DNA from: an uncultured Methylophilaceae bacterium
GTDB lineage: Bacteria; Pseudomonadota; Gammaproteobacteria; Burkholderiales; Methylophilaceae
Length of the DNA: 64,000 nt
Reading direction: 5' to 3'
NCBI GenBank assembly: GCA_964398195.1
Contig: CAYNLW010000003.1
Coordinates: 4,020 to 68,019, forward strand
Positions 19,793 through 29,275 of this stretch are shown in pieces; the stretch's first letter is position 1, and each line of letters starts with the position of its first letter. A program made the position numbers and the translations under genes. The notes beneath the pieces were generated by a model. It worked only from the letters and a program-made list of their open reading frames with translations, had not been told where the DNA came from and ran no database searches.

Positions 19793-21832
19793 TCAAATAT
19801 CCTTGACCTCAGCGCCGTAGAAAGCCGCTTTCAACTTTCTCAGTTGGTCGCGCATTTGGGCAGCTTTTTCAAATTCTAAATTCTTAGCGCTGTCATGCAT
19901 GGCTTTTTCCACGCGCTTAATTTCTTTCAGCATCTGCTTTTCTGACATGGCATGATAGCTAGCCAATTCCTGCGCAGCTTTGCGCTCTTGCACCAACTCC
20001 TCTTTGTTATAAGCCCCATCAATAATATCTTTGATACGCTTGCTAACACCGGTTGCCACAATGCCATTGGCTTCATTAAACGCTAATTGTTTGGCTCGTC
20101 TGCGTTGCGTTTCGTCTATCGCTTGTTGCATAGACTTGGTCATATGATTGGCATAGAAAATCACTCGACCATGCAGATTACGCGCAGCGCGGCCAGCGGT
20201 CTGTATCAGCGAGCGGCCGGAGCGCAAAAAGCCCTCTTTATCCGCGTCTAACACCGCCACCAAAGCCACTTCAGGAATATCCAAGCCCTCTCTTAATAAA
20301 TTGATGCCGACCAATACGTCAAACATACCCAAACGTAAATCGCGAATAATTTCTACCCGCTCAACCGTATCAATATCGGAATGCAGATAGCGCACCTTGA
20401 CACCATGCTCAGATAAATAATCCGTTAAATCTTCTGCCATGCGTTTGGTTAAAGTGGTGGCTAATACTCTTTGCTGCTGTTCAATACATTGTTGTATTTC
20501 TGATAATAAATCGTCCACCTGTGTGTCTGCTGGCTTGACAGTAATTTGTGGATCTACCAAGCCAGTCGGTCTAACCACTTGCTCGACCACTTGCTGGGTA
20601 TGGGTGGCTTCGTATTCTGCGGGGGTAGCGGAAACGAAAATGGTTTGCGGCATAATGCGCTCAAACTCATCAAATTTGAGGGGGCGATTATCTAAGGCCG
20701 AAGGCAGTCTGAAGCCATAGTCAACTAGGTTTTCTTTGCGTGAACGATCGCCCTTAAACATGCCACCGATTTGCGGAATAGTGACATGGCTTTCGTCGAT
20801 AATCATCAGTGCGTTTTTGGGCAAATAATCAATCAATGTCGGTGGTGCATCACCCGGCGCACGACCTGATAAATGCCTAGAGTAGTTCTCAATGCCTTTG
20901 CAAAAGCCTATCTCATTTAACATCTCTAAATCGAATCGTGTGCGTTGCTCAATTCTTTGCGCTTCAAGCAATTTATTGTGCTTGATAAAGAAAGCCACTC
21001 GCTCACGCAACTCGGCTTTTATTTTTTCTATTGCCTGCAAAGTCGTTTCTCTAGGGGTGACATAATGACTAGAGGGGTAAATCGTGAAGCGCGGTATCTT
21101 GCTAAAGATTTGCCCAGTCAGTGGGTCAAAGGAAGTGAGCTGATCAATCTCATCATCAAATAAACTAATGCGTATCGCGGTCTCGCTATTTTCTGCTGGG
21201 AATACATCAATCACATCGCCTCGCACACGGAAACAGCCGCGCGAGAAATCAAAATCATTGCGCTCGTATTGCATACCGATTAATCGCATGACCACATCGC
21301 GCTGGCTCATCTTATCGCCCTGCTGCAAATTCAATACCATGCCGTGATAATCCACTGGGTCGCCTATACCATAGATGGCAGATACTGAGGCGACGATAAT
21401 ACTGTCTGGTCGTTCTAGTAGTGCCTTGGTGGCAGATAAACGCATCTGCTCAATATGCTCGTTGATACTAGAATCTTTCTCAATAAACAAATCTCTAGCA
21501 GGAACATAGGCTTCTGGTTGATAGTAATCGTAGTAAGAAACAAAATATTCCACAGCGTTATTGGGAAAGAATTCTTTAAATTCTGAATACAACTGCGCCG
21601 CCAAGGTTTTATTCGGGGCCATCACAATTGCAGGACGACCACAACGCGCAATCACATTGGCCATGGTATATGTCTTACCTGAGCCAGTGACTCCTAGCAG
21701 GGTTTGAAATTTCTTATCTTCTGCAATGCCTTGCAATAATTTTTCTATCGCTTGAGGCTGATCACCCGCTGGCGGGAATGGTTGAAATAGCTGGTATTGG
21801 CTATTAGGGAAAGAAATAAACACAGAAGTCAC
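19793..21832 (-). CDS. uvrB: Excinuclease ABC subunit B
   Basis: PAGDQPQAI, Walker [13 protein letters not shown] box, and a C-terminal UVR motif region. There is no ATG start. GTG at 21832 or GTG at 21823 are candidates, and the latter has GAGGTG upstream. Confidence 0.95.
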   Translation of the reverse strand: MTSVFISFPNSQYQLFQPFPPAGDQPQAIEKLLQGIAEDKKFQTLLGVTGSGKTYTMANVIARCGRPAIVMAPNKTLAAQLYSEFKEFFPNNAVEYFVSYYDYYQPEAYVPARDLFIEKDSSINEHIEQMRLSATKALLERPDSIIVASVSAIYGIGDPVDYHGMVLNLQQGDKMSQRDVVMRLIGMQYERNDFDFSRGCFRVRGDVIDVFPAENSETAIRISLFDDEIDQLTSFDPLTGQIFSKIPRFTIYPSSHYVTPRETTLQAIEKIKAELRERVAFFIKHNKLLEAQRIEQRTRFDLEMLNEIGFCKGIENYSRHLSGRAPGDAPPTLIDYLPKNALMIIDESHVTIPQIGGMFKGDRSRKENLVDYGFRLPSALDNRPLKFDEFERIMPQTIFVSATPAEYEATHTQQVVEQVVRPTGLVDPQITVKPADTQVDDLLSEIQQCIEQQQRVLATTLTKRMAEDLTDYLSEHGVKVRYLHSDIDTVERVEIIRDLRLGMFDVLVGINLLREGLDIPEVALVAVLDADKEGFLRSGRSLIQTAGRAARNLHGRVIFYANHMTKSMQQAIDETQRRRAKQLAFNEANGIVATGVSKRIKDIIDGAYNKEELVQERKAAQELASYHAMSEKQMLKEIKRVEKAMHDSAKNLEFEKAAQMRDQLRKLKAAFYGAEVKDI

Positions 21833-21983
21833 CTCATCAATAAGCTAGCAATTTTATCAGGCTATTGGCTTTAAAAGCGCAAAGCGAACTTTATATCAAT
21901 AACCATTGTCATTAAGAGGACTTTTTAGTTAATGGCTTAATCTTCTTTTTTTGTTTGATATGCATTTTCATAAGGTATTTTCA

Positions 21984-23033
21984 ATGACAACTTTTCTGCG
22001 TGCTAGTTTTAAGTCTGTTGCTCTCATCACCCTGTTATCCAGTAGCTTGTCCATGAATGCTTATGCTTATGATAAAGCCAAATTATTTGATGCCTTTTTA
22101 GCTATCGTCATGATTAAAGGCTATACCTCAGACGGTAGCATGGCCTATGGCTCTGGCGTGGTGATTGCGCCGGGTCAAGTGATTACCAATTGCCATATCA
22201 TGCGACAAACCAAAGAACCGTGGGTGGCAAGAGGTGAAGACACCTTTACCATCAGCTCAGTAAAAGCGGATCGTTATCACGATATGTGTTTGGTGACCGT
22301 TGAAAATCTTCCCCTCAAACCCGCCACCATAGGCTCTATCAATCAACTGAGCAAAGGCTCGCCTATCGTCAGCATAGGCCACTCCAGCGCTAATCCATCG
22401 CCGCTGACCGGCATAGGCAAAGTGCGCGCGGTTTATCCTTTTAACGACGGCTTGGTAATTAGCGGCACAGCACGCTTTAGCATGGGCGCTAGCGGGAGCG
22501 GCATGTTTGACGAACAAGGCAGATTAATCGGTATCAATACCTTCAAATCGCCAGGTCGCAACGCTTACTTTTTTGCCTTACCTATAGAATGGTTAAAGAA
22601 AGTTGAACAATTGCCAGAAGAAAAACAATTCCCTATCACAGGCAAAACCTTCTGGGAGGAGAGCGAGCAAGACAAACCATACTTTATGCAAGTGGTACAA
22701 CCTGAATTAAATAATGAATGGGATAAATTGCTAGCCGTGGCTAAACGTTGGAGCCAAGTAGAGCCTAATAATTGTGAGGCTTGGTATGAGATGGGCTACG
22801 CATATGAGATGACCAATCAAACTGCACTAGCCAAACAAGCTTATCAAACCGCGCTAAAGCTCAATCCGCAGCATACTGAAGCGATCTATCACCTTGGTTT
22901 AATGGCTGCTAAAAATGGCGACGCAGCCGGCTTAAAAGGCTATCAACAAACGCTTGCCACGCTAGATGAAGATTTGGCAGCGACTTTAAGCCAAACCCAG
23001 ATTTGCCAAGCTGATTGCAAAGCGACCCAATAA
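21984..23033 (+). CDS. Secreted trypsin-like serine protease with C-terminal TPR repeats
   Basis: Signal peptide MTTFLRASFKSVALITLLSSSLSMNAYA. Candidate catalytic triad in TNCHIM, HDMCLV and GASGSGMF. The C-terminus has TPR-like AWYEMGYAYEM..AKQAYQTALKLNP. Start at ATG 21984 with AAGG 8 nt upstream. Confidence 0.7.
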   Translation: MTTFLRASFKSVALITLLSSSLSMNAYAYDKAKLFDAFLAIVMIKGYTSDGSMAYGSGVVIAPGQVITNCHIMRQTKEPWVARGEDTFTISSVKADRYHDMCLVTVENLPLKPATIGSINQLSKGSPIVSIGHSSANPSPLTGIGKVRAVYPFNDGLVISGTARFSMGASGSGMFDEQGRLIGINTFKSPGRNAYFFALPIEWLKKVEQLPEEKQFPITGKTFWEESEQDKPYFMQVVQPELNNEWDKLLAVAKRWSQVEPNNCEAWYEMGYAYEMTNQTALAKQAYQTALKLNPQHTEAIYHLGLMAAKNGDAAGLKGYQQTLATLDEDLAATLSQTQICQADCKATQ

Positions 23034-23042
23034 ATCTTGCAC

Positions 23043-23086
23043 AAACTGTTGATTGCATCACATTTTCATGCATCAACAGTTTATTC
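23043..23086 (+). terminator. Strong hairpin 10 nt after the protease stop; probable terminator
   Basis: AAACTGTTGAT(T)GCAT - 9-nt loop - ATGCATCAACAGTTT. This gives 15 bp with one bulge. The T-tract is weak (TTTATT). Confidence 0.45.
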
Positions 23087-23147
23087 AGCGTGCATTTGTG
23101 AGTAAAATTGCGGCTTTGATTTTTCCTCACAAGGATTAGTGCTCGTT

Positions 23148-24353
23148 ATGTCAGGCTCGCCACTTTCGCAACGCGTTTTATCTATCAAAGAGTCCCCCAC
23201 CCTAGCGGTCACAGCCAAAGCTGCCAGACTGAAAGCAGAAGGCAAAGATATCATCGGTCTAGGGGCGGGCGAACCTGACTTTGACACCCCACAACATATC
23301 AAAGACGCTGCCAAACAAGCGATAGATAACGGCTTTACCAAATACACCCCAGTAGCAGGTATCCCCGGCTTGAAAAAAGCCATCGTGGCTAAATTTAAGC
23401 GTGATAACCAACTGGATTACACAGAAAAACAAGTAATCGTTGGTGTAGGTGGCAAGCAATGTATTTTCAACTTAGCTTTAGCCGTGCTTAACCCTGGCGA
23501 TGAAATCATCGTGCCTGCCCCTTACTGGGTATCCTATGCCGATATAGGCATGGTAGCGGGCGCCGTACCGGTGATTATTGAGTGCGGCATAGAGCAAGAT
23601 TTTAAATTGACGCCAGCGCAACTGGCTGCGGCTATTACCCCAAAAACCAAGATGTTTATGATTAACTCGCCGTCTAACCCAACTGGCTCGGTGTATAGCC
23701 TCGCGGAGTTACAGGCATTAGGCGAAGTGTTAAAACAACATCCGCATATCTTGGTGGCGACCGATGATATGTATGAACATGTCAATCTGACTGGCCAAGC
23801 GTTTTACAATATCTTAAACGCCACCCCTGAACTCAAAGATCGCTGCATCGTGTTAAACGGCGTCTCCAAAGCCTACTCCATGACTGGCTGGCGTATAGGC
23901 TATGCTGCCGGCCCTGAAAATATTATTAAAGCAATGGAAATTCTCCAATCGCAATCCACCTCCAACCCTACTTCTATTTCCCAAGTCGCCGCGCAAGCCG
24001 CGTTGGAAGGTCCACAAGAGTGCATACGTCCTATGGTGGAAGCGTTTATTGAACGCCATGAATATGTGGTGCAACGCTTTAATGCCATGCCTGGATTGCA
24101 ATGTATTAAAGCTGGCGGCGCGTTTTATGCCTTTCCAGATGCCAGAGTGGCGATTCAGAAGTTATTTGCTGCTGGCAAAATTAAACAGCCCAATGATTTG
24201 GCATTAGCCGATTATTTATTAGATGAATTTGGTGTAGCTGTAGTGCCGGGCAGTGCATTTGGCGCAGAGGGTTATTTTCGAATTTCGTTTGCTACATCGA
24301 TGGATAATCTGCGTCATGCTTTGGATAGAATTGAACGCGCACTCAGCGCTTGA
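23148..24353 (+). CDS. Class I PLP-dependent aspartate/aromatic aminotransferase
   Basis: GAGEPDFDTP, and the PLP-lysine motif SKAYSMTGWRIGY. Start chosen at ATG 23148 (MSGSPLSQR) rather than GTG 23139. Confidence 0.85.
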   Translation: MSGSPLSQRVLSIKESPTLAVTAKAARLKAEGKDIIGLGAGEPDFDTPQHIKDAAKQAIDNGFTKYTPVAGIPGLKKAIVAKFKRDNQLDYTEKQVIVGVGGKQCIFNLALAVLNPGDEIIVPAPYWVSYADIGMVAGAVPVIIECGIEQDFKLTPAQLAAAITPKTKMFMINSPSNPTGSVYSLAELQALGEVLKQHPHILVATDDMYEHVNLTGQAFYNILNATPELKDRCIVLNGVSKAYSMTGWRIGYAAGPENIIKAMEILQSQSTSNPTSISQVAAQAALEGPQECIRPMVEAFIERHEYVVQRFNAMPGLQCIKAGGAFYAFPDARVAIQKLFAAGKIKQPNDLALADYLLDEFGVAVVPGSAFGAEGYFRISFATSMDNLRHALDRIERALSA

Positions 24354-24432
24354 TGGTAATAAATTTGCGTATTTTCGCTGATTTGTTATTGACCAAAACC
24401 CTTCAAATCTTTATTATCACGCCTTCACCGAT

Positions 24433-24508
24433 TCCCCGATAGCTCAGTCGGTAGAGCAACGGACTGTTAATCCGTGTGTCGCTGGTTCGAGCCCAGCTCG
24501 GGGAGCCA
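24433..24508 (+). tRNA. tRNA-Asn (anticodon GTT)
   Basis: 76-nt cloverleaf read by eye. Acceptor TCCCCGA/TCGGGGA, D arm GCTC..GAGC, anticodon stem ACGGA/TCCGT with loop CTGTTAA, T arm GCTGG-TTCGAGC-CCAGC, discriminator G and an encoded CCA. Confidence 0.95.
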
Positions 24509-24515
24509 AATTTAA

Positions 24516-24544
24516 ATACCCGCTACGGCGGGTATTTTTCTTTC
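24516..24544 (+). terminator. Rho-independent terminator after tRNA-Asn
   Basis: ATACCCGC-TACG-GCGGGTAT followed by TTTTCTTT. Confidence 0.55.
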
Positions 24545-24602
24545 CGTCGTCAAATAATCCTTATCAATTTTCTAGCACTAGATTTTTTGGTACTTCAATT
24601 TC

Positions 24603-24666
24603 TAGCACTGTATTGATCTAGCATTGTATCTATCTTGCACTATATTTATCGGGCACTATATTTTTC
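24603..24666. repeat. Four tandem 16-bp direct repeats (consensus TrGCAyTrTATyTATC) upstream of psiE
   Basis: Units are TAGCACTGTATTGATC / TAGCATTGTATCTATC / TTGCACTATATTTATC / GGGCACTATATTTTTC at exact 16-bp spacing. A related copy TCAATTTTCTAGCACTAGAT lies at 24564-24583. Confidence 0.8.
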
Positions 24667-24689
24667 TCACAAACAGGCAAGTTTGCCAC

Positions 24690-24698
24690 TGCTATAAT
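24690..24698 (+). promoter_or_regulatory. Putative extended -10 promoter (TGcTATAAT) for psiE, preceded by palindrome GGCAA-GT-TTGCC
   Basis: TGCTATAAT lies 30 nt upstream of the psiE ATG. The palindrome is at 24677-24688. The SD GGGGAG is at 24717-24722. Confidence 0.4.
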
Positions 24699-24727
24699 AG
24701 CCATGCATTTATTACTGGGGAGTTAAG

Positions 24728-25123
24728 ATGCAACCGAATCAATTCACGCAATTTGCGCAAAGAATCATGAGCGCCATTGGTCAAATCGTTTTACTAATTA
24801 TTACCCTTGCCACGGTATTTGGCATCACTCAAGAAATCGGCATTATTTGGCAAAATCGCGCGATTGCGGTCAGTGATATCTTGATGTTGTTTTTATATCT
24901 TGAGGTGATGTCTATGCTCAATCACTACTTGGGCTCAGGCAATTTACCCGTACGCTATCCGCTATATATTGGCATTATTGCCTTAGCAAGATTCTTAGTG
25001 CTGGATATTAAAGAATTAGATGGCTTAAGAATGTTCGCGCTATCTGGCTCGATTTTATTGATTGCACTGGCTATTCTGATTGTGCGCTACGGCCATGTGC
25101 GCTTTCCTTATACTGACGATTAA
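24728..25123 (+). CDS. psiE: PsiE-family phosphate-starvation-inducible membrane protein
   Basis: 131 aa with four hydrophobic helices. The LYLEVMSMLNHY...PLYIGIIALARFLVLD pattern is typical of PsiE. Confidence 0.75.
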   Translation: MQPNQFTQFAQRIMSAIGQIVLLIITLATVFGITQEIGIIWQNRAIAVSDILMLFLYLEVMSMLNHYLGSGNLPVRYPLYIGIIALARFLVLDIKELDGLRMFALSGSILLIALAILIVRYGHVRFPYTDD

Positions 25124-25125
25124 TC

Positions 25126-25551
25126 ATGATAGATATTGAACAATTTACCCCCATCACTTCGCTAGTCGGTGGCATGTTAATTGGTCTGGCAGCCACGCTG
25201 ATGATTTTACTGAATGGGCGTATCGCCGGTGTTTCCGGCATTATTCGACTGAGCTTAAGCAAAGCCAGCTTTGCATGGTGGCGACTGTGTTTTATCTTAG
25301 GTTTGTTGCTCGGCCCTGTGCTGTTTCAAATGATTTACAGCAAGCCCACCATCTATATACAAGCTTCGCCAGCGCTGATACTGGTGGCAGGATTTTTAGT
25401 CGGCTTTGGCACCTCAATGGGCGCCGGTTGCACTAGTGGTCATGGCATATGTGGATTAGCACGATTATCGCTACGTTCCTTGGTCGCTGTGCTGGTATTT
25501 ATGTTGAGCGCCATGCTGACTGTTTATATAGCGAAAATGCTGGCCCACTAA
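25126..25551 (+). CDS. YeeE/YedE-family membrane protein (sulfur-compound transport component), first half-size subunit
   Basis: Conserved GAGCTSGHGICGLAR motif. 141 aa with four TM segments. Confidence 0.8.
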   Translation: MIDIEQFTPITSLVGGMLIGLAATLMILLNGRIAGVSGIIRLSLSKASFAWWRLCFILGLLLGPVLFQMIYSKPTIYIQASPALILVAGFLVGFGTSMGAGCTSGHGICGLARLSLRSLVAVLVFMLSAMLTVYIAKMLAH

Positions 25552-25604
25552 ACCTCTAATAAGGTAAATCTCCAATAAAGTAAATCTCTGATAAGGCGAA
25601 CGCG

Positions 25605-26030
25605 ATGTTAATGTTATTGATAGCACTATTAAGCGGTTTAATCTTTTCCTTTGGGCTGCTGATTTCCGGTATGGCCAATCCGCAAAAGGTACTGGGCTTT
25701 TTAGATATCACTGGCGCATGGGACCCTAGCTTGATATTAGTCATGGTGGGCGCCATCTTGGTCAGTTTTGCGCCGTTTCAGTGGGCCAATAAACAGGCAC
25801 GTAGCTTATTAGGCCAACCTATGCAATTGCCAGAAAAACGCCATATACAACGCGAACTGATCATAGGCAGTGCGTTATTTGGCATAGGTTGGGGCTTGCT
25901 AGGGGTATGCCCAGGACCGGCATTGGTGTTGCTAGGATTGATGCAAACCGCTGGCTTATGGTTTGTCATTGCCATGCTAATCGGCATGTTAGTGTTTAAT
26001 CTGTTATGGCAGCGCGGCAAGTCAAATTAA
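25605..26030 (+). CDS. YeeE/YedE-related half-size membrane protein, second subunit
   Basis: 141 aa with four TM segments and GIGWGLLGVCPGPAL. It pairs with the preceding gene, and together they resemble the two-repeat full-length YeeE. Confidence 0.7.
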   Translation: MLMLLIALLSGLIFSFGLLISGMANPQKVLGFLDITGAWDPSLILVMVGAILVSFAPFQWANKQARSLLGQPMQLPEKRHIQRELIIGSALFGIGWGLLGVCPGPALVLLGLMQTAGLWFVIAMLIGMLVFNLLWQRGKSN

Positions 26031-26038
26031 TGGCGTGG

Positions 26039-26587
26039 CTAATTCATCGCTCGCACTTCGGCTAGATTGCGCCACCAGCCATACACATCCATACCACAGC
26101 CAAACACATATTTATCCGGTAATTCTAGCCCTATATAGTCAGCCTGCACGGGCTTGCTATTCGCTAAACGCTTTTCGAATAACACCGCAATCTTGACCTG
26201 TGCCGCGCCCATTTCTAAACAACGTTGTTTAATCGCATGCAATGTGACTCCTTGGTCTAGGATATCGTCCAATATCAATACCACCCTGCCTGCCACGCTT
26301 TCAGGCGGCTCGACTTTCCAAATCAATTCACTACCACTGGTATGGTTGCCATAGCGGGTCGCTTGTATGTAATCAAATTGCAAAGGAAAGTCTAAATGCG
26401 GCAACAGCTGACCAGTAAAATATACCGCACCGCCCATCACCGCCAATAACAAGGGGGTTTGATCAGCCAGATCATGGCGTATCGCTTTTACCATGGTGGC
26501 TAACGCCAGTTGCACCTGCTCAGCCGAATACAGCAGCTGGGAATCCTGCAAAATAGCGTAGGCGTGTTTATTTATGTCCAAAGCCAT
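26039..26587 (-). CDS. hpt: Hypoxanthine-guanine phosphoribosyltransferase
   Basis: PRPP-binding loop VVLILDDILDQGVTL. 182 aa. The start overlaps the upstream gene by 20 nt. Confidence 0.85.
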   Translation of the reverse strand: MALDINKHAYAILQDSQLLYSAEQVQLALATMVKAIRHDLADQTPLLLAVMGGAVYFTGQLLPHLDFPLQFDYIQATRYGNHTSGSELIWKVEPPESVAGRVVLILDDILDQGVTLHAIKQRCLEMGAAQVKIAVLFEKRLANSKPVQADYIGLELPDKYVFGCGMDVYGWWRNLAEVRAMN

Positions 26588-27812
26588 TCAGCATCACCTT
26601 GATGGTTTTGAAAAAGATGAGAAAATCTATCCAAAACGAAAAATGTTTGATGTAATAAAAATCGTAACTTAGTTTCACCCAAGTCTCATCAGAACTAGCG
26701 GTATAACCATGCATCACCTGCGCCCAACCAGAAATACCGGGGCGCACAATAGAGCGATAAACATAAAACGGCACGCTGTGTTCATATTCAGTATGCAGTT
26801 CCACCGCATCTGGACGTGGCCCTATCAAGCTCATATCGCCTTTCAACACATTCCATAATTGCGGCAATTCGTCCAAGCGGTACTTGCGTAGCACCTTGCC
26901 TATGGCGGTTACTCTGTGATGATCATTGGATAATCGTTTAGGCTGGCTTTGGTCATGCGGCCGCATGGTTCTAAATTTATACATGTGAAATCTGCGCCCT
27001 GCCAAACCAACCCGCTGTTGCACAAAGATGATTTCGCCATCGCCATCCATAGCAACAACGAGTGCGATGGCCAGTAGTATCAATATCAACAATGGCGACA
27101 TTAGCAAAATAAATATAGACTCGATTAGACGTTTAAAGGAAATATAAAACTTAGAAGGCGCTAGTACACCGAAGTTATTTTCCATCAGATGATTAATATC
27201 TACCCGCCCTGTCATGGACTCATACAGGTGATTGGCGCTATACACAGGAATACCGCTAATGGCGGATTGTGCGACAAACGCTTCCCAAGCGCTGCTTAGC
27301 TTGCCGGTTCTAAAATCCACCACCAAACCATCAATCGCCCCAGCGGGCAATTGCGCGGTACGCAACATAGAAAAACGATAACGCTGGCTATTTGAAAATT
27401 GCTTCACGATGCCAAAAGGCACCAATGCTAAACGCAGTTTTCGATTGCTAATGCTGCTCATCAGCAACACACTCAACAACACAAAATTAACAATAAAACC
27501 GCCGCTTAATACGCGGATGGAATACGGCAAATGCAGCGCGAAAATCACCATAAAGACCACAAAATACAAGCTGCCTAAAAGATTAAACACCGCCACCCAT
27601 GTGCTTGCGCTAGGAAAGCGCTGCAAGCGATTGAATACCATGGTGGCGATTAAAAATACGATTAAATTGGCATAACAGGAATAGCGTATATGTTTTAACA
27701 AGAAAGCGAATGTGGGCTCAAATGGATAGGGGCTAAGCAAATTGGGGGCGAATATCAGCAACAAGCCCGATAGCAAGAAAAAACCAAGTTTAATAAAAAA
27801 ACGTTTATTCAT
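26568..27812 (-). CDS. Polyprenyl-phosphate hexose-1-phosphate transferase (bacterial sugar transferase family, WbaP-like initiating enzyme)
   Basis: N-terminal TM helices and the C-terminal catalytic domain motif DELPQLWNVLKGDMSLIGPRP. Confidence 0.85.
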   Translation of the reverse strand: MNKRFFIKLGFFLLSGLLLIFAPNLLSPYPFEPTFAFLLKHIRYSCYANLIVFLIATMVFNRLQRFPSASTWVAVFNLLGSLYFVVFMVIFALHLPYSIRVLSGGFIVNFVLLSVLLMSSISNRKLRLALVPFGIVKQFSNSQRYRFSMLRTAQLPAGAIDGLVVDFRTGKLSSAWEAFVAQSAISGIPVYSANHLYESMTGRVDINHLMENNFGVLAPSKFYISFKRLIESIFILLMSPLLILILLAIALVVAMDGDGEIIFVQQRVGLAGRRFHMYKFRTMRPHDQSQPKRLSNDHHRVTAIGKVLRKYRLDELPQLWNVLKGDMSLIGPRPDAVELHTEYEHSVPFYVYRSIVRPGISGWAQVMHGYTASSDETWVKLSYDFYYIKHFSFWIDFLIFFKTIKVMLNGFGHK

Positions 27813-28358
27813 TTAATCAAATAAAGGCGCGGATTGTAGCGTGAGTCCAGCGCTATCTTTGGCGGAAAGCACTGGGGCTTGTGATAGATTCCATGCAATA
27901 TTCAAGTCGGCATCGTCCCATTTGATGCAGGCTTCGTGCTCAGGATAGTAATAATCGGTGGTTTTATAGAGTAATTCAGCGCTCTGACTAAGCGTTACAA
28001 AGCCATGTGCAAAGCCCTCTGGCACCCATAATTGGTTTTTATTGTCAGCCGACAGCACTGCCCCTACCCACTGGCCAAAAGTCGCTGATGAGCGGCGCAA
28101 ATCCACCGCCACATCGAAAATTTCGCCAGCGACAACACGCACCAGCTTGCCCTGTGGATGCGGTAATTGATAATGCAGACCGCGTAACACATGTTGGGCA
28201 GACTTACTGTGATTGTCTTGCACAAAATTCACTGGACGACCAACAATATCTTGAAATTTTGCTAGATTAAAACTTTCGAAGAAAAAGCCACGCTGGTCGC
28301 CAAACACTTGTGGCTCGAGCAAGATTACATCGCTAATTGCAAGCTGAGTCGCCTTCAC
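27813..28358 (-). CDS. rfbC: dTDP-4-dehydrorhamnose 3,5-epimerase
   Basis: FGDQRGFFFESF and RGLHYQ motifs. 181 aa. Confidence 0.92.
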   Translation of the reverse strand: MKATQLAISDVILLEPQVFGDQRGFFFESFNLAKFQDIVGRPVNFVQDNHSKSAQHVLRGLHYQLPHPQGKLVRVVAGEIFDVAVDLRRSSATFGQWVGAVLSADNKNQLWVPEGFAHGFVTLSQSAELLYKTTDYYYPEHEACIKWDDADLNIAWNLSQAPVLSAKDSAGLTLQSAPLFD

Positions 28359-29236
28359 TAAAACACCCTATCTTTTAAAATTCTTAATAAATATTGCCCA
28401 TAGCCATTTTTAGCTAACTTTTGCGCTAACTGTTCAAATTGCTCAGCGCTAATCCAGCCGTGGCGGAAGGCAATTTCTTCCGGACAACTGACCTTCAAGC
28501 CTTGGCGATTTTCTATGGTGGCAATAAACGTACTGGCCTCTAGCAAGGAATCATGTGTACCGGTATCTAGCCATGCATAACCGCGCCCCATCACTTCTAC
28601 ATTTAACTGACCTTGCTGCAAATAAAGTTGATTTAAATCGGTGATTTCCAGCTCGCCACGTGCAGAAGGCTTTAATGATTTGGCTAACTCCACCACCTGA
28701 TCATCATAGAAATATAAGCCTGTTACCGCATAGTTGGATTTTGGTTGGCTAGGTTTTTCAGCTAAAGAAATCACTTTATTTTGTGCATCAAATTCTGCCA
28801 CGCCATAACGCTCAGGATCTTGTACATGATAGGCAAACACCGTAGCGCCTTGCGTACGTTGTGCAGCTTGGCTAAGCAGTTGATTAAAATCATGGCCGTA
28901 AAAAATATTGTCGCCTAATACCAAGGCAGATGGTGCACCGGCGATAAATTGCTCACCGATGAGGAATGCCTGCGCCAAGCCATCTGGGCTAGGCTGCACC
29001 GCATAACGAATATTTAAACCCCATTGCCCACCATCGCCCAACATCTGCTCGAATCTTGGCGTATCTTGCGGGGTAGAAATAATTAAAATATCGCGTATCC
29101 CCGCCAGCATCAAAGTGCTGAGCGGATAATAAATCATAGGCTTATCGTAGATAGGCAGTAATTGCTTGGAAATGGCCAAGGTGGCGGGATACAGCCTAGT
29201 ACCCGAACCGCCGGCAAGAATAATTCCTTTACGCAT
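28358..29236 (-). CDS. rfbA: Glucose-1-phosphate thymidylyltransferase
   Basis: [17 protein letters not shown]. 292 aa. Confidence 0.93.
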   Translation of the reverse strand: MRKGIILAGGSGTRLYPATLAISKQLLPIYDKPMIYYPLSTLMLAGIRDILIISTPQDTPRFEQMLGDGGQWGLNIRYAVQPSPDGLAQAFLIGEQFIAGAPSALVLGDNIFYGHDFNQLLSQAAQRTQGATVFAYHVQDPERYGVAEFDAQNKVISLAEKPSQPKSNYAVTGLYFYDDQVVELAKSLKPSARGELEITDLNQLYLQQGQLNVEVMGRGYAWLDTGTHDSLLEASTFIATIENRQGLKVSCPEEIAFRHGWISAEQFEQLAQKLAKNGYGQYLLRILKDRVF

Positions 29237-29275
29237 TTTTATCTTGATCCCCCTAATTTTAGCTAGCGTATTTGC

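Noticed and set aside
21833-21983. LexA/SOS box upstream of uvrB
   Set aside because: No CTGT-N8-ACAG or similar palindrome is present in the uvrB upstream gap.
24603-24666. Short tandem arrays (here and at 57670, 60256) as CRISPR arrays
   Set aside because: The units are 15-16 bp and directly abutting, with no spacers. No cas genes are present.
25552-25604. The two YeeE/YedE half-genes as a frameshifted pseudogene of one long gene
   Set aside because: A 53-nt spacer with stops in all frames separates two equal-sized ORFs, and each has its own ATG. The half-size paired arrangement is a known form of this family.
24509-26038. Genomic island integrated at tRNA-Asn
   Set aside because: There is no integrase, no direct repeat of the tRNA 3' end, and the downstream genes (psiE, yeeE/yedE) are ordinary membrane proteins. 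The repeats after the tRNA are tandem 16-mers, not att-like duplicates.
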